From Mustelus asterias (taxonomy: Eukaryota), in contig NW_027590119.1 of assembly GCF_964213995.1 (NCBI RefSeq), positions 1,612,001-1,676,000 on the forward strand: DNA of 64,000 bases, in the 5' to 3' direction. The notes under the pieces are model-generated. The model worked only from the letters and a program-made list of their open reading frames with translations, was not told the DNA's origin and did not search any database. Positions 49,261 through 62,129 of the stretch are shown in pieces. The number at the start of each line of letters is the position of its first letter. Position 1 is the first letter of the stretch. A program made the position numbers and the translations under genes.

Positions 49261-50829
49261 TTTAATGTGTGCGAATAAACTATTTAATTATTTTATCCAA
49301 TTACATATTTTGTTTTTGTTTTAAGTATTTTAGTTTTTAAGTATTTTATTAACCTTACCACCAATTGCTGTACTGTTTTAACCCTTAAGCACAGAATTAA
49401 CCTTAGTCACTTAGCAGATACTCACCAAAAATCTAGCTTCTTCCTCTGTAGAAGAGTAAGATCACTTCCTAAAGGCTGAGAAAGTTAGAAAGCAAAAGGG
49501 CACCTCTTTCCCTCCCTTCCCGAACTCCCTTAATTACCCAACTCCCAGAACTCTATTCTAAGCTGCACTCAAGTGATGCCGGTTCAGAGCTGTTTCTGAG
49601 CTGCAGATTCAGTACAATACTCACTTGCAGACATGGACATCAAGGCCTGTATGGGTCTCCAGGCCATCATGCACACCATCATGGTCGGGAGGATGGAGAT
49701 GGTGTTGCCAGCCATGTACATGATGAACAGATTCATGGGCAGCTGTTTCAATGGGCCCAAGACGATGTCTCAGCAGCGCTGAAACAGAAAGCGAGCAGGG
49801 TATCAGTAAAGGGGGCCGGTTAGGGGAGGCCATATACTGATCTTATACCCAGGCCTGGAAGTTAGGATGGTGATTAACACAATTAGTCCCTTTATCACAC
49901 AGGCTGCTGTGGTTCACCAAGGTACTTCACCACCATGGACTAACCAGACGTTGTCAGCCACACACTAAAGACACATTCAAATCCAACTTACTTTCTCGAC
50001 CAGGATCCGGTCTGTTTCTTGGACGCGGATGTCTGGTAGCTGTTTGTCCGAATATGCGACTGGGTACATGGAGTCTCTCTGGCTATACTGTTGATCACGG
50101 CTCCTGTGAGAAACAGAAAACACAAATTGGTCACCCTTTCAAGACCTTGTTTAAAGAGGGAGTCTCTCTGTTGAGGACCCCAACATGGTGGCAATGCTGC
50201 CAGCACGAACTAAAGCTTGGGCAAACATCGAACACACACTGCCATTACGTCCACTGAACTGCCACGGGAATGGAGGATGGCAGAAGTGGATTTAGTGTGA
50301 ATTGATAATCAGGGTGCCAATCCATTTACTCTCCATTAAGGATCAACAGCGACAAATCACCAGATGTACCAAATTGTGTCTTGAAAACAAACACTGTGGG
50401 ACATTGAGAGAGATCCAGTTCAGCACCGGGTCCTGGAAACGAGCAATCGTTCCCCCAACCACCACCGCAGTTGGCACCTGATCAGGTGGAGGGGCTGAAA
50501 CCAAAAGGGCATCTCAGGGTCATGACCTGGGGAAAAGATGCCAAGTGGGGTCTGAGTGGTTTCTGGGGGATTTGAGGGGCTGCTTTGTGATGAGGAGCTC
50601 GGTGAGGGGTAAAAGAGGCGTGAAAAACCCGGGGTTGGGAAGTTTTGGGTTGGTGCCACATCCCCGGGTCGGTGTGCGGTGGCCTCCCCTCGGGAGAGAC
50701 GGGCTGACCCGGCTTGCCGCCTGCTCGAGTCCCCGGGTGGCCAACGCAGCTGCTGCTGCCGCTCAGGCTGAGAGCGAGGGTTCACTTGTGCCAGCGCGCG
50801 CGGTTGACAAGCCCCGCCCCTGCAGCCAT

Positions 50830-51080
50830 GACAACGTCGGCGACCGTTAACCGTCCCCCCTTTTCAAATCTGATTCCGATCCGAGGAAGAACCCGCGCGC
50901 TTCCGTCAACAAACCACTCCCGCTGCAATGCGCATGTGCGGTCCCAACCTCCTCAGCTCTGTTTACGCCGCCCATTGCCCCGCCCCCACAACTCCGCCAT
51001 GTTTATTAGGGGCACATCGGCTCCGACTCGATCCGCTCTCCGGCCAAATGGAGCGCCTCTGACCCGCACAAAGATGGACA
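50830..51080. promoter_or_regulatory. CpG-rich EMC4 promoter relic
   Basis: TGCGCATGTGCG at 50929, CCCCGCCCC, and a YY1-like CCGCCATGTT. Confidence 0.6.
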
Positions 51081-51419
51081 CCACTCAATATCAGAGATTT
51101 ATAATATTGCTTCCTTAATTCCCTCACGAAAATGTCTTACACCGTATAAAACATCAATAAAACCTAAAGGACCAGATTATCCTTCTCATTCTGCAACCAA
51201 AACCAATCCAATGTTACTGGGTTTCTCCACAGATACTGCCAGACCTGCTGATGTTATCCATCATTTTCTGTTCTCATTTCACATTTCTGCAGTATTTTAC
51301 ATTCTGCCTCGAAGGGCTGATCCTTCCAACCAAGTTACAACGGACAGAACAATATAACATTGTGGCTTCCTCCAAGTATGAGAACTGAAGGGTGGACAAT
51401 TTGCATATATTAGTAAAAG

Positions 51420-51711
51420 TAAAGTTTATATTAGTCACAAGTCAGCTTTCATTAACACAGCAATGAAGTTACTGTGAAAATCCCCCAGTACTCACAGTCC
51501 GGCACCTGTTCGGGTGCACTGAGAGAGAATTTAGCATGGTCAATGCACCGAACCAGCACATCTATCGGACTGTGGGAGGAAACCGGAGCACTCGGAGGAA
51601 ACCCATGCAGACACGGGGAGAACGTGCAGACTGCGCACAGACAGTGACCCAAGCTGGGTATCAAACCCAGGTCCCTGGCGCTGTGAGGCAGTAGCGCTAA
51701 CCACTGTGCCA
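51420..51711 (-). mobile_element. V-SINE-type SINE, alternative-tail subtype
   Basis: Head, core and tail as at 29197. Confidence 0.85.
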
Positions 51712-52007
51712 AAGTTGATTAGAATCACAATCTCACTGATGTAACCTAGTGATGCCAATGATATAATAACAGTGATCTCATTGACGAGAGACAGTTTGAT
51801 CTTCAATTAATTTGAAATAAGTCGTCATATGGAAAGAATACAGGTGTTGAATATAAATGAAGAGTTCAGTTTATTTTGCTCACTCTGACGAATCAGGCTG
51901 AACCTTCTACTGAGGACATACAAGGAGAAGATTTTGTCTTGTCATCCTGTTACTGACATATCAAATAGAGCAGGAAAATACATGGGCATTGAATGGAATC
52001 TGACTTC

Positions 52008-52712
52008 TGCCGTGGTTCCCCGTGGACGGCAAGAAGAGTTCATCAATCAGAATAGAGAGTCTGAGTCTTGATCTTCCAGGCAGCAAGGCTTTATTAGCTA
52101 ATACATTTCAATAAAGCCGGGATTTCCAGATGAATCCAAAAAACCAGTGCTCTGACAGTCCTTTTTATCCACATTTAGCTTCATATTTCATCATTCTTAT
52201 CTTACAGTCAAGGTTTTTTTGTTGCAGACCCCAAGGCCACTTTTCGTTAGCCACCATGGTTTACTAGACCTACGTTATCTGCCTTCTTTCTGATTGGTCA
52301 CTAATGAATGTGCTATGATATCATTGTGGTTACATCTTGCCTTCTTATCTGAAGTTTATTGTCTAATCAGCCAAGGTTGTTGTTTGTTCAACCATTGTAG
52401 GGCATCCTGCTATGCCAAGTCTTTTTTCCCGTTGTCTGACTTTCTCACGTTTATTTAAGAAATTACTTTCAGCTTCTGTGTGTTTGCTTGACTTCTTTTA
52501 GCCTTTATGTTCATTTATGTGAGTATCCATGTGTACTGACCTGGTAAGGTATTGTGCACTTAAAAGGGTACAAGTGTATGCTTAATAAGATATGTGATGA
52601 TATATGAGAGCTTCTTAAGTAGTGATTATCTCTTCTATGTTAATTATTATCTCCTACTTGTCCTAATAATTATTCCTTCCAATATATGTTGTCTTAATGA
52701 TTATCCCTTACA
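52008..52712 (-). mobile_element. Solo LTR, ~705 bp
   Basis: TG...CA ends flanked by CTTC on both sides; on the minus strand CCAAT (~52292), TATA-like GATAAAAAG (~52165) and AATAAA (~52090) occur in order. Confidence 0.7.
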
Positions 52713-53483
52713 CTTCTCTAACTGGAGTCAATGGGAGCTGTCTTGAGAACACATTGTCTGGACACTATTTTCAGTAAAATACTGGAACTCCGCATATCTC
52801 CCTGCACAGCACATTTCTCCATTCAGCTTGTTCCATTTTTGTACATGGTTCCCTCTGATTCCTGTCTCTGTGTCTCTCAGCCCGCAGTAATTTACCGTGC
52901 TGTCAGACAGCAGCTCATGGATGGTTCCTCACTTTTTAAACTGTCGAATGATGCAGAAAATTAAGTCCCCACACCCTCTGCTCTAAAAACACTTCCATAA
53001 TTAGGGATGCGGATGAAGAAGTTAGGAGCTTTATCCTGGACTTGATGGTACAGCCGTAAGGAATATGAATGAGCTGTGCTCAAAAAACTCTAATTAATGG
53101 TAACTGAATCTCCCTCAAACTGTGTCATTGTAACTGGCTCCTGTGAGACACGGACACTAAAACTGATTTATTTTACATATTCTGATATATCCTGACCATT
53201 GATTAACTGTAAATAGCTCCTGAACCTTGGGGAGGAAAGTGTGCAGGTGACTTTCTCCCTCTCTGATGCCCCACCATGACAGCAGCTCAGACTCCAGCTC
53301 AATAACCCTGAGCACAGATTCTGCCAGCTGCAGACACTCGCCACAGATATGATTGTCCAGGTTTGCACAAACTCTCACATGCTGCAGTTCTGGCACACCA
53401 CCTGCCCTGTGAAGAACATCAAACTCCCGTCCAGTTACAGGAGAAATAAAAAAAGGATTAACAACAGCATTCAACCCCTGCAG

Positions 53484-53990
53484 TTACACATGAACTCGCT
53501 GGTGTCTCAGCAGGTTGGATGGCCGAGTGAATCCCTTCCCACACTCTGAGCAGGTGAACGGCCTCTCCCCACTATGAGTGTGTTGGTGTGTCTGGAGATT
53601 GGATGATTGAGTGAACTGCTTCCCACACACAGAGCACCTGAACATTCTTTCCCCAGTGTGAACTCGCTGGTGTTGAATAAGATGAGATGATTGTCTGAAT
53701 CTCTTTTCACAGTGAGGACAGCTGAATGGTCTCTTGTCAGTGTGAACAAGCTGGTGTTTCATTAGATCTGGAGAGGTTTTAAAGCAATCCCCACAGTAAA
53801 AGCATTTATGAGGTCTCTTGTCACTGTGAACTCTCTGGTGTGACCCGAGGCTGGATGACTTTGTGAATCCCTTCCCACATGTGGAGCAGATGAACGGTCT
53901 CTCTCCAGTGTGAGCACGTCGATGGGTTTCCAGCTGGGATGGGTAACTGAATCCCTTCCCACAGTCCCCACATTTCCATGGTTTATCCAT
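53484..53990 (-). CDS. C2H2 zinc-finger protein, 6 fingers
   Basis: Open ORF MDKPWKC...; gcaccATGg; acceptor at ~54345. Confidence 0.9.
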   Translation of the reverse strand: MDKPWKCGDCGKGFSYPSQLETHRRAHTGERPFICSTCGKGFTKSSSLGSHQRVHSDKRPHKCFYCGDCFKTSPDLMKHQLVHTDKRPFSCPHCEKRFRQSSHLIQHQRVHTGERMFRCSVCGKQFTQSSNLQTHQHTHSGERPFTCSECGKGFTRPSNLLRHQRVHV

Positions 53991-54549
53991 GGTGCCGGTA
54001 TCCTTGTGTCTCTCCAGATTGGATGATCAGTTGAAGCCTCGTCCAAACATGGAATACGTGTATGGTTTCTCCCCGCTGGGAATGGTATGATTTTCTTTCA
54101 GGCTGTGTAACTGGTTAAAGCTCTTTCCACAGTCAGTTCACTGGAACACTCTCATTCGTGTGTGTGTGTATCTCGGTGCTTTTCCAGTCACACTATGCTT
54201 GAACTCTTTCCCCACAGGCAGAACAGAGAAACATTTCTCCTTCCACAGTGAAAGGTCGATGATATTTAGCTCTTGATTAATTCAGTGACTCTGACTGATC
54301 GCAAAGAAATGTTTTTCTGTCTTCAGATCATCTCCTACTAACTCCCTGTAAAAAGAATTGACGGTGTCAGTGTCACTCAGTCCAGGATAGAAATTCAGAA
54401 CAGAAATATCTAGTTTCTGTGCAACATTCCCACCCTCTGTTCTTCCAAATATGTGATCCAATTAAACTAAAATAAGCTAAAATCAGCAACAAAGTCCTCA
54501 CAAAAGGAAAGGGAATGTTCTTAACTAAACCAGAATGTTTTTTACAAAC

Positions 54550-55440
54550 ACATGAACAAGGAGCTGAAGTGGGCCATTCAGCCCCTCCACCATTTATTAA
54601 GACTGTGGCTGATTTGATAGTAACCTCAAATCTGCAAGATGCTTACCTCTGATAATCTATCACCCCCTTGCTTACCAAGAATCTATCCACCTCTGCCTTA
54701 AAAATATTCAAAGATTCTGCTTCCACTACTTTTTCAGAAAGAGAGTTTCAAAGACTCACAACCCTCTGAGTGAAAGAATTTCTCCTGACCTCTGGTTTAA
54801 ACGGACGACTCCTTATTTTTAAACAGTGACCCCTAGTTCTAAGTTCTCTCACAGGAGGAAGCAGCCTCTTCACAACCACCTTGTCAAGACATCTCAGGAT
54901 CTTATAATGGTTTAGTCAAGTCTCCTCTTGGTATTCTAAACTCCAGTGGATACAAGCCAAGTCTGTTCAACCTTTCCTTACAAGACAATACACCCATTGC
55001 TGCTATTAGTCTGTTAAACCTTCTCTGAACTGCTTCCAACATATTGACATCCTTCCTTTAATAAGGTAACCAATACTGTACACAATATTCTAAATGTGGT
55101 CTCACCAATGCCCTGCACAACTGAAGCATAACCTGGTTACTTTTGCAATCAACTCCCTCACAATAAATGGTAACATGCTATTAGCTTTCCTAATTACTTG
55201 CCCTGCCTGTATAAGGGCCTTCTGTGATTCATGCACTGTGACACAAAGGTCTCTCTGCACCTCAGAGCTCTGCAATCTCTCACCATTTAGATAAGTTTAT
55301 CTTTTATTCTTTCTGCCAAAGTGGACATTTTACAGTTGCCCAATTCTACTCCATTTACCAGTTTTTTGCCCACTCACTTATCCTATGTGTATATTTTTGT
55401 AGTCTCCTTATGTCATATTTACGACTTATTTTCCTGCTTA
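54550..55440 (-). mobile_element. Degenerate CR1 3' region
   Basis: [11 protein letters not shown]-like motif and tail. Confidence 0.75.
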
Positions 55441-55899
55441 TAGTAGATTGGCCATGCTTAGTGTCCAAAGATATGTAGGTTAGGTAGACTAACCATGATG
55501 AAATGTGTGGCATTATAGGGATAGGGCTGGTGGTGGGCCTGGGTAAGGTGCTCTTTTGGAGAGTCAGGGCAGACCTTATGGGCCAAATGGCCTCCTTCTC
55601 CACTGTACGGATTCAATGCTTCTATGGTTTATCTTGTGTGATCATCAAATTTGGCAATCATTGCTGCAATCCCTTCATCAAAGTCATTTCTATATATTGT
55701 AAACAGTTCAGTTCCCAGCAGTGATTCCTGTGGCACACCACTTGCCAAAAGGGCCACCCAGATTTCCCTCAGTGTACCTGAACAGGTACCAGTGTGTGGC
55801 GACTAGGGATTTTCACAGTAACTTCATTGCAGTGTTAATTTACCCTACTTGCGGCACTAATAAATAAACTTTAAACGTTAATGATCCACAAACTCCTCT

Positions 55900-56195
55900 G
55901 GGCAGCACAGTGGTTAGCACTGTTGCCTCACAGCGCCAGGGACCCAGGTTGCTTTCCCAGCTTGGGTCACTGTCTGTGTGGAGTTTGCACGTTCTCCCCG
56001 TGCCTGCGTGGGTTTCCTCCGGGTGCTCCGGTTTCCTTCCACAGTCCGAAAGACGTGCTGGTTAGGTGCATTGGCCATGCTAAATTCTCCCTCAGTGTAC
56101 CCGAACAAGCGCCGGAGTGTGGCGACTGGGGGATTTTCACAGTAACTTCATTGCAGTGTTAATGTAAGCCTACTTGTGACACTAATAAATAAATG
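55900..56195 (+). mobile_element. V-SINE-type SINE, alternative tail (partial copies at 55445-55625 and 55755-55870)
   Basis: Head, core and tail match. Confidence 0.85.
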
Positions 56196-56249
56196 TTAAA
56201 ACTTTATATTGGTTCCTGTGACTCTGCGGGAACTCGGACCTCATTGGAA

Positions 56250-56600
56250 ACAGACACTGAAGCCCCGCCCTCTATTGCGTCACCAAGGGGTCACGCATGC
56301 GCGCCATTCCCCGTTGGAACAAGATGGCGGCCGTTAAGGACGGCTTTGTCCCGGGAAACAGACACGGAGCCGCAGACACGGGACCTTCAGGTCAGTATTT
56401 GGGGTTTGAGGCTTTCACCACGTGTTTCGAAACATTCCCCGTTCCACGGTTGGCACTATCACTCCCTCTGGGTCACCATATTCTTACCCGTTTGGAGATA
56501 CGACGAACAACAAACACTCCGTGGCCATTGCTGCGCATGCTCCGAATACAGAGCGCTATTGCGTTTGCGCACTGCCCTGGATAAGGGACATCCACCGCCG
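56250..56600. promoter_or_regulatory. Bidirectional promoter of ZNF genes 53484(-) and 58233(+)
   Basis: GC box at 56263, CGCATGCGC at 56294, CAAGATGGCGGC at 56320, TGCGCATGC at ~56533, donor CAG|GTCAGT at 56391. Confidence 0.7.
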
Positions 56601-57310
56601 CGGAGAACTCTGGGTAAAGTACCCACCATCTACTGTCCAAATTAATTTTTCTGCTATGATGTGGGGATTAGGGCGGCGGGGCAAATAAATGAAGTTAGGA
56701 ACCAAATAATATGTAAATCCAAGTGCACAGATCCTCCATAGAAAGAAGGAAAGTGCGAATTGGTGGAGAATCAAGAGTTCACAAAGCAGTGGCAAGAACT
56801 GCAGAAACCTACTCCTGCAATCACATAGGAACTGACCAAGTGAATCCTATCAGTGAGTAATTGTATGACCTCGTGTATGACTTAGATCATATATTTTAGT
56901 CATGTTAGCACACTAATAAAACTGAATTACTGGAAACAGGCTGCAGCTCTTTTCATTTTCATATATTACAGAATGCAGGTGTCACTGACATTTATTATCA
57001 TTGCTGAATACTTTTGAGAAGGTGATGACAATCTGTCTTCCCTAACCACAGCAGCCCATGGAGGTTTCGGATGGTTTCTGGGTCCCCAGAATATTAGCCT
57101 GGGCCTTTGGATTACTAGTCCTGTGATATTACCACTGTGTCATCATCTTCCATCACAAAAAATACCCATTTTAGCATTTCCTGCTATTGAGGCAATTTTG
57201 TATCCAAAATGTAACGTGCTCTTGGATCTCTTGAGATTTGATGTTTCTGCCCAGTCTGCCATGTGGGAACACTGTAGATGTGGATAGAATGTTTCCTTGT
57301 GTGGGAGAAT

Positions 57311-57565
57311 GGGTGGCACTGGTTAGCACTGCTGCCTGACAGCGCCAGAGACCTGGCTTGGGTCACTGCCTGTTCGGAGTCTGCACGTTCTCCATGGGTT
57401 TCCTCCCACAGTCCGAAAGACGTGCTGATTAGGTGCATTGGCCATGCTAACTTCTCCCTCAGTGTATCCGAACCGTGGTTAGAGTGTGGCGAGGCGGGGA
57501 TTTTCACAGTAACTTAATTGCAGTGTTAATGTAAGCCTACTTGTGACACTAATAAATAAATAAGT
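57311..57565 (+). mobile_element. V-SINE-type SINE, alternative tail
   Basis: Internally deleted copy. Confidence 0.8.
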
Positions 57566-58232
57566 AGAATCATCCAAAATGACGGGCCAGAAATGTAAGA
57601 TAGTCACAGACAAATCCAATAGGGGAAATAAGGAGAAATGTGTTTATCAGAGCAGCTACAATGTGGAACTCGCTACTACAGGAAATAGTTGTGGCAAAAA
57701 ACCTTTCAAAATGAAACAAAATGAGTGGATAAGAGGGAAAAGAATAGATTGAGAAAGTGAAAAGACTGAGCTGAGGGAGGTGGAATGGAAGGAGATGCTT
57801 GTGGAGTATCAACACCAGCAGAGACTGACTGGGCCAAATGGCCAGTTTCTGTTCTGTATATTCTGTGTAATTCGATGTAAACTGTTTCCACAGGATGTTC
57901 GAAGAGGAGGATTTACAGATAGGAAAAAAAATAATTTTTAAGATCTTCAGAGTGACACAATTCATCAGGACCTGAATATCATCGGCTGTTCAATGTGGAA
58001 GGAAAAATGCTTTTCTGTTCAAACATCGGTGTGACTGGAAAAGCACCGAGACACACACACACCCGAGTGAGAGTGTTCCAGTGAGCTGACTGTGGAAAGA
58101 GCTTTAACCAGTTACACAGCCTGAAAAAAACATCACACCATTCGCAGCGAGGAGAAACTGTACACGTGGTTTATGTGTGGTTGAGGCTTCAACTGATCAT
58201 CCAACCTGGAGAGAGACAATGACACTGGCACC

Positions 58233-58739
58233 ATGGAGAAACCATGGAAATGTGGGGACTGTGGGAAGGGATTCAAATACCAATCTCGGCTGGAATATCA
58301 TCGACACACTCACACTGGGGAGAGACCGTTTCTCTGCTCCATGTGCGGGAAGGGATTCACTCGGTCATCCGACCTTCTGAGACACCAAACCACTCACAAT
58401 GAGGAAAGACCATTCACCTGCTCCACGTGTGAGAAGGCATTCATTCAATCATCCGATCTCAGGATACACCAGCGAGTTCACACTGGAGAGAGGCCATTCA
58501 CCTGCTCTGACTGTGGGAAGAGATTTAGTCAGTCAGCCCACCTGCTGGCACACCAGCGAGTTCACACTGGGGAAAAGCCGTTCACCTGCTCTGAGTGTGG
58601 GAAAGCATTCATCCATTCATCCCACCTGTTGAGACACCAGCGAGTTCACACTGGGGAGAAGTTGTTTAACTGCTCCATGTGTGGGAAGGGATTCACTCAG
58701 TCACCCCATCTGGTGAGACACCAGCGGCTTCACAAATGA
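58233..58739 (+). CDS. C2H2 zinc-finger protein, 6 fingers
   Basis: Open ORF MEKPWKC...; gcaccATGg; acceptor tttccacag at ~57893. Confidence 0.9.
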   Translation: MEKPWKCGDCGKGFKYQSRLEYHRHTHTGERPFLCSMCGKGFTRSSDLLRHQTTHNEERPFTCSTCEKAFIQSSDLRIHQRVHTGERPFTCSDCGKRFSQSAHLLAHQRVHTGEKPFTCSECGKAFIHSSHLLRHQRVHTGEKLFNCSMCGKGFTQSPHLVRHQRLHK

Positions 58740-59597
58740 CTGCAGGGATTAGATTCTGCTGTTAATCACATCCAGAACTGAACCATGTTCATTCTGACAG
58801 TTAGTGTTTCCTTCTGCTGAAAATAATTTAACTGAAGTTTTATATTCTGGTTATATGTCCAATAAACCAGCTTTGTTTTGAACCTATTGTTTTAGATTTT
58901 TATCTTTCCCACCCAAGTGTTTAACATCACCTGTCTGGGGCTCAAAAAGGACAATCTGGGGGAGGATCGTACGGCAGGAACGGAACTTCAGGCTGGACAC
59001 AGTCCAGGAACACGGTGACCATCCACATTTTGTCCCTGTTGAATAAAATCAAACACAGCGTTTATTCTCCATCCAGTTATCTGACCTTTTCTATTTGTAC
59101 AGCTTACACTGATCTCCCTGGTAACAGTTATTGTGCTTCCTTCCCTCATTTCCAATTAGTTATTATAAAATCTGTTTCTTCCAATCTATCTGGAACATCA
59201 GGTGGACCTTCCCAAGTGGAATTGAGACAGAGGTGAGATCAGCCATGATCAGATTGAATGGTGGAGCAGGCTTGAGGGGCTGAATTGCCGACTCCTGTTC
59301 CTAGTTCTTACGTTTTTCAGTTAACTATCATCACTGTCCCTGTGAGGGAATGTTTCTATCCTGGACTCGCTGTGATGGATTTTGGAAACTCCTTTCAAAT
59401 GGACTTAGAGGGGGAGGATTTACACATCGTAAACCTAAACTAAGAAAAATATTTGTCTTTGATCAATCTTTAACTTTGGACATTTTTTTCACAGGACTTC
59501 AGAAGCTCAGTGGTGGAAGGCAAAAAACTCAAACAAAACATCGCAGCAGCATCTGACGCTATCACCTAAATAATTGTAATCCGAATATTATTGTAAG

Positions 59598-60236
59598 TTG
59601 AACATGGAAGGGGAAAGCACGGTTAACAGTGGGGAGAAACCATACACGTGTTCTGTGAGTGGACAAGGATCCAGCCCATCACCTGGCCTGTCAAGACACC
59701 AGCACAGTCAAGCTGGGGGAAACCATGGAAATGTGGGGACTGTGGGAAGGGATTCATTTGTTCATTCCCCCCCGAAACACCTGCTGAAACACAAGTGGGC
59801 TCACACTGGGGAGAGGCCTTCTTCCTGCCATAAGTGTGCGAAGGGATTTACTACCTCATCCATCTTGTTGACACACCAGTGTGTTCACACAGGGGAGAGG
59901 TCATTCACATGCCCTGAGTGTGGGAAGGAATTCACTCGTTCATCTATCCTGCTGAATCACCAGCGAGTTCACACTGGGGAGAGAGCTTTTACCTACCTGC
60001 TCTGAGTGTAGAAAAAGATTCACTGATTCATCCAACCTGCTGAAACACCAGCGAATTCACAATGGGGAGAGGCTGTTTATCTGTTCTGAGTGTGGGAAGG
60101 GATTCACTCAGTCATCTATCCTGCTGAAACACCCAGCGAGGTTCACACTGGGGAGAGACCGTTAACCTGCTCTGTGTGTGGGAAGGAATTTACTCCATTA
60201 TCTCAGCTGCTGAAACACCAGCAAGTTCATGAGTGA
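59598..60236 (+). pseudogene. Frameshifted C2H2 zinc-finger gene (~7 units)
   Basis: Frame breaks near 59720, 59765, 59990 and 60135. Confidence 0.8.
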
Positions 60237-60789
60237 CTGGATTTGCTGTTAATCACACGCAGGACTGAACCGTTCTCATTGGCACCTGTTTCTGCTGATG
60301 TTAATCAGCCCCAGCCCAGTTGTAGAGCTTATGTTGTGGGTTAAAAGTCAAATAAACCGGCGATGTGTGAAATACGGTTTGATGAATGTTTATAATTTCT
60401 CTGACACAGGTTAGTTCCTTTTGAAGAGCTCCCCTCCTCCACTGTCTCCTCCATCGTCACCTCAACAGCAAGTATGAGGACTCATGGAGCTTCTTTGTCA
60501 CTTAGTCAGGGATTCTGCTGTAATTGCTGCTGTTAATCACATCCAGGACTGAACCATGTTCATTCTGACAGTCCCTATAACTGGAATGGAGACTGTCAAG
60601 TAACTGAGCTTTGTTTAAACCTATTGTATATTTTTGTCTTTCCCACCTGAGTGTTTAACATCACTTGATTGGAACTCAGAAAGGGTAATCTAGGGGAGGA
60701 TCATATGGCAGGAAGAGAACTTCAACCTGGACACAGTCCTTCAGGGTCACACTGAGAGGGACAAACAGCACTTTGGTCTTTCTAGAAAA

Positions 60790-61910
60790 CCATAAGACAT
60801 CGGAGCATTAGGCCACTCAGCCCATCGATTCTGCTCTGCCATTCAATCATGGTTGAAACTTTTCTCATCCTCATTCGCCTGCCTTTTCCCCATAACCCCT
60901 GATCCCCTAATTAATCAAGAACCTATCTATCTCTGTTCTAAAGACACTCAATGACCCGGCCTCCACAGCCTTCTGCGCTAAAGAGTTCCACAGATTCACC
61001 ACTCTCTGGCTGAAGAAAGAAGGGCATGGACAGGGTGCACTGGGAGCAGCTGTTCCTCTTAGTTGAAGAGTCAGTTATGAGGGGACACAAGATAAAAGCA
61101 CAGTCAAGCTGGGGGGAAACCATGGAAATGTGGGGACTGTGGGAAGTGATTCATTTGTTCATTCCACCCCCCCTCCCCCTTCCCCCCCCCCCCCCCCCCC
61201 CCCCCCCACCCCCCCGGCTGAAGCACAAGTGGGCTCACCCTCCACTTTATCTTTATCTCACCTCTCTTCACTGACAGCAAAATCTCCATGTGGGTTAATC
61301 CTGAGGTGCGTGAGAAATGTGTCCAGCCGCTCTCTTCCATGACTCTGAGCTCCTGGACACGGAACAGAAACTCCTTTACAATGTGTTTTAGAGTCAGGAA
61401 GAACAACAGTGAATAATGGAAACGGGCTGTCAAATCAGAGATTGGTGTAAAATTGGGATCTGTTCCTGACTGAGTAAAATGGCAGGTTTAAGTTTCAAAA
61501 TGTTAGTGTAACATTTGTGAATCTACCAATGTAAGGTCATGGTAACAGAATCACAGATTACTACAGTGCAGAAGATGCCCTTTGGCCCATCGAGTCTGCA
61601 CTGATGCATGAAAGGCCCTGACCTGCCCACCTAATCCCACTTGCCAGCACTTGGCCCATGTTATGAATGTTATGGCGTGCCAGGTACTCATGCAGGTACT
61701 TTTTGAAGGATGTGAGGCATCCCGCCTCCACCCCCTCTCAGGCAGTGCATTCCAGACTGTCACCACCCTCTGGGTAAAGTTTTTCCTCAAATCCCCCCTA
61801 AACCTCCAACCCCCCACTTTTATCTTGTGTCCCCTTGTAACTGACTGTTCAACTAAGGGGAACAGCTGCTCCCTCTGCACCCTGTCCATGCCCCTCATAA
61901 TCTTCAACAC
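60790..61910. mobile_element. CR1 3' fragments (- 60790-61020, + 61022-61097, - 61545-61910) around a duplicated ZNF piece
   Basis: CR1 tail motifs; 61097-61240 copies 59702-59805. Confidence 0.7.
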
Positions 61911-62129
61911 ATCAAGTTACATTTCTATATGGAACCTTTAACCATTTCTCCCCTTCCATTGACTTCAATGTGATGGAAGCTGACTGTTAGAATGTCAACA
62001 TATAAAATATATTTACAAATGATTGGACAGTTTCTTACATTTGGGATCTTTCTCTGTTTTGTGCACTTGAGGTGATAGATAACAGACTTTCTCATGTGAC
62101 TATCTAGCAGGAATATTAGTTTTAAAGTT

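Larger units (their letters stand above)
45067..50829 (-). pseudogene. EMC4: Unprocessed EMC4 (ER membrane complex subunit 4/TMEM85) pseudogene, 5 exons
   Basis: Exons ~50750-50829, 49992-50103 ([25 protein letters not shown]), 49625-49778 ([28 protein letters not shown]), 46133-46293 ([34 protein letters not shown]) and 45067-45101 (RVEYTGG); compatible phases; TGA at 50782 and 49770; 1-nt deletion in exon 5. Confidence 0.92.

Noticed and set aside
49770-50784. TGA recoding (Trp/Sec readthrough) of EMC4
   Set aside because: Other Trp codons remain TGG, and the lost donor plus exon 5 frameshift indicate ordinary pseudogenisation
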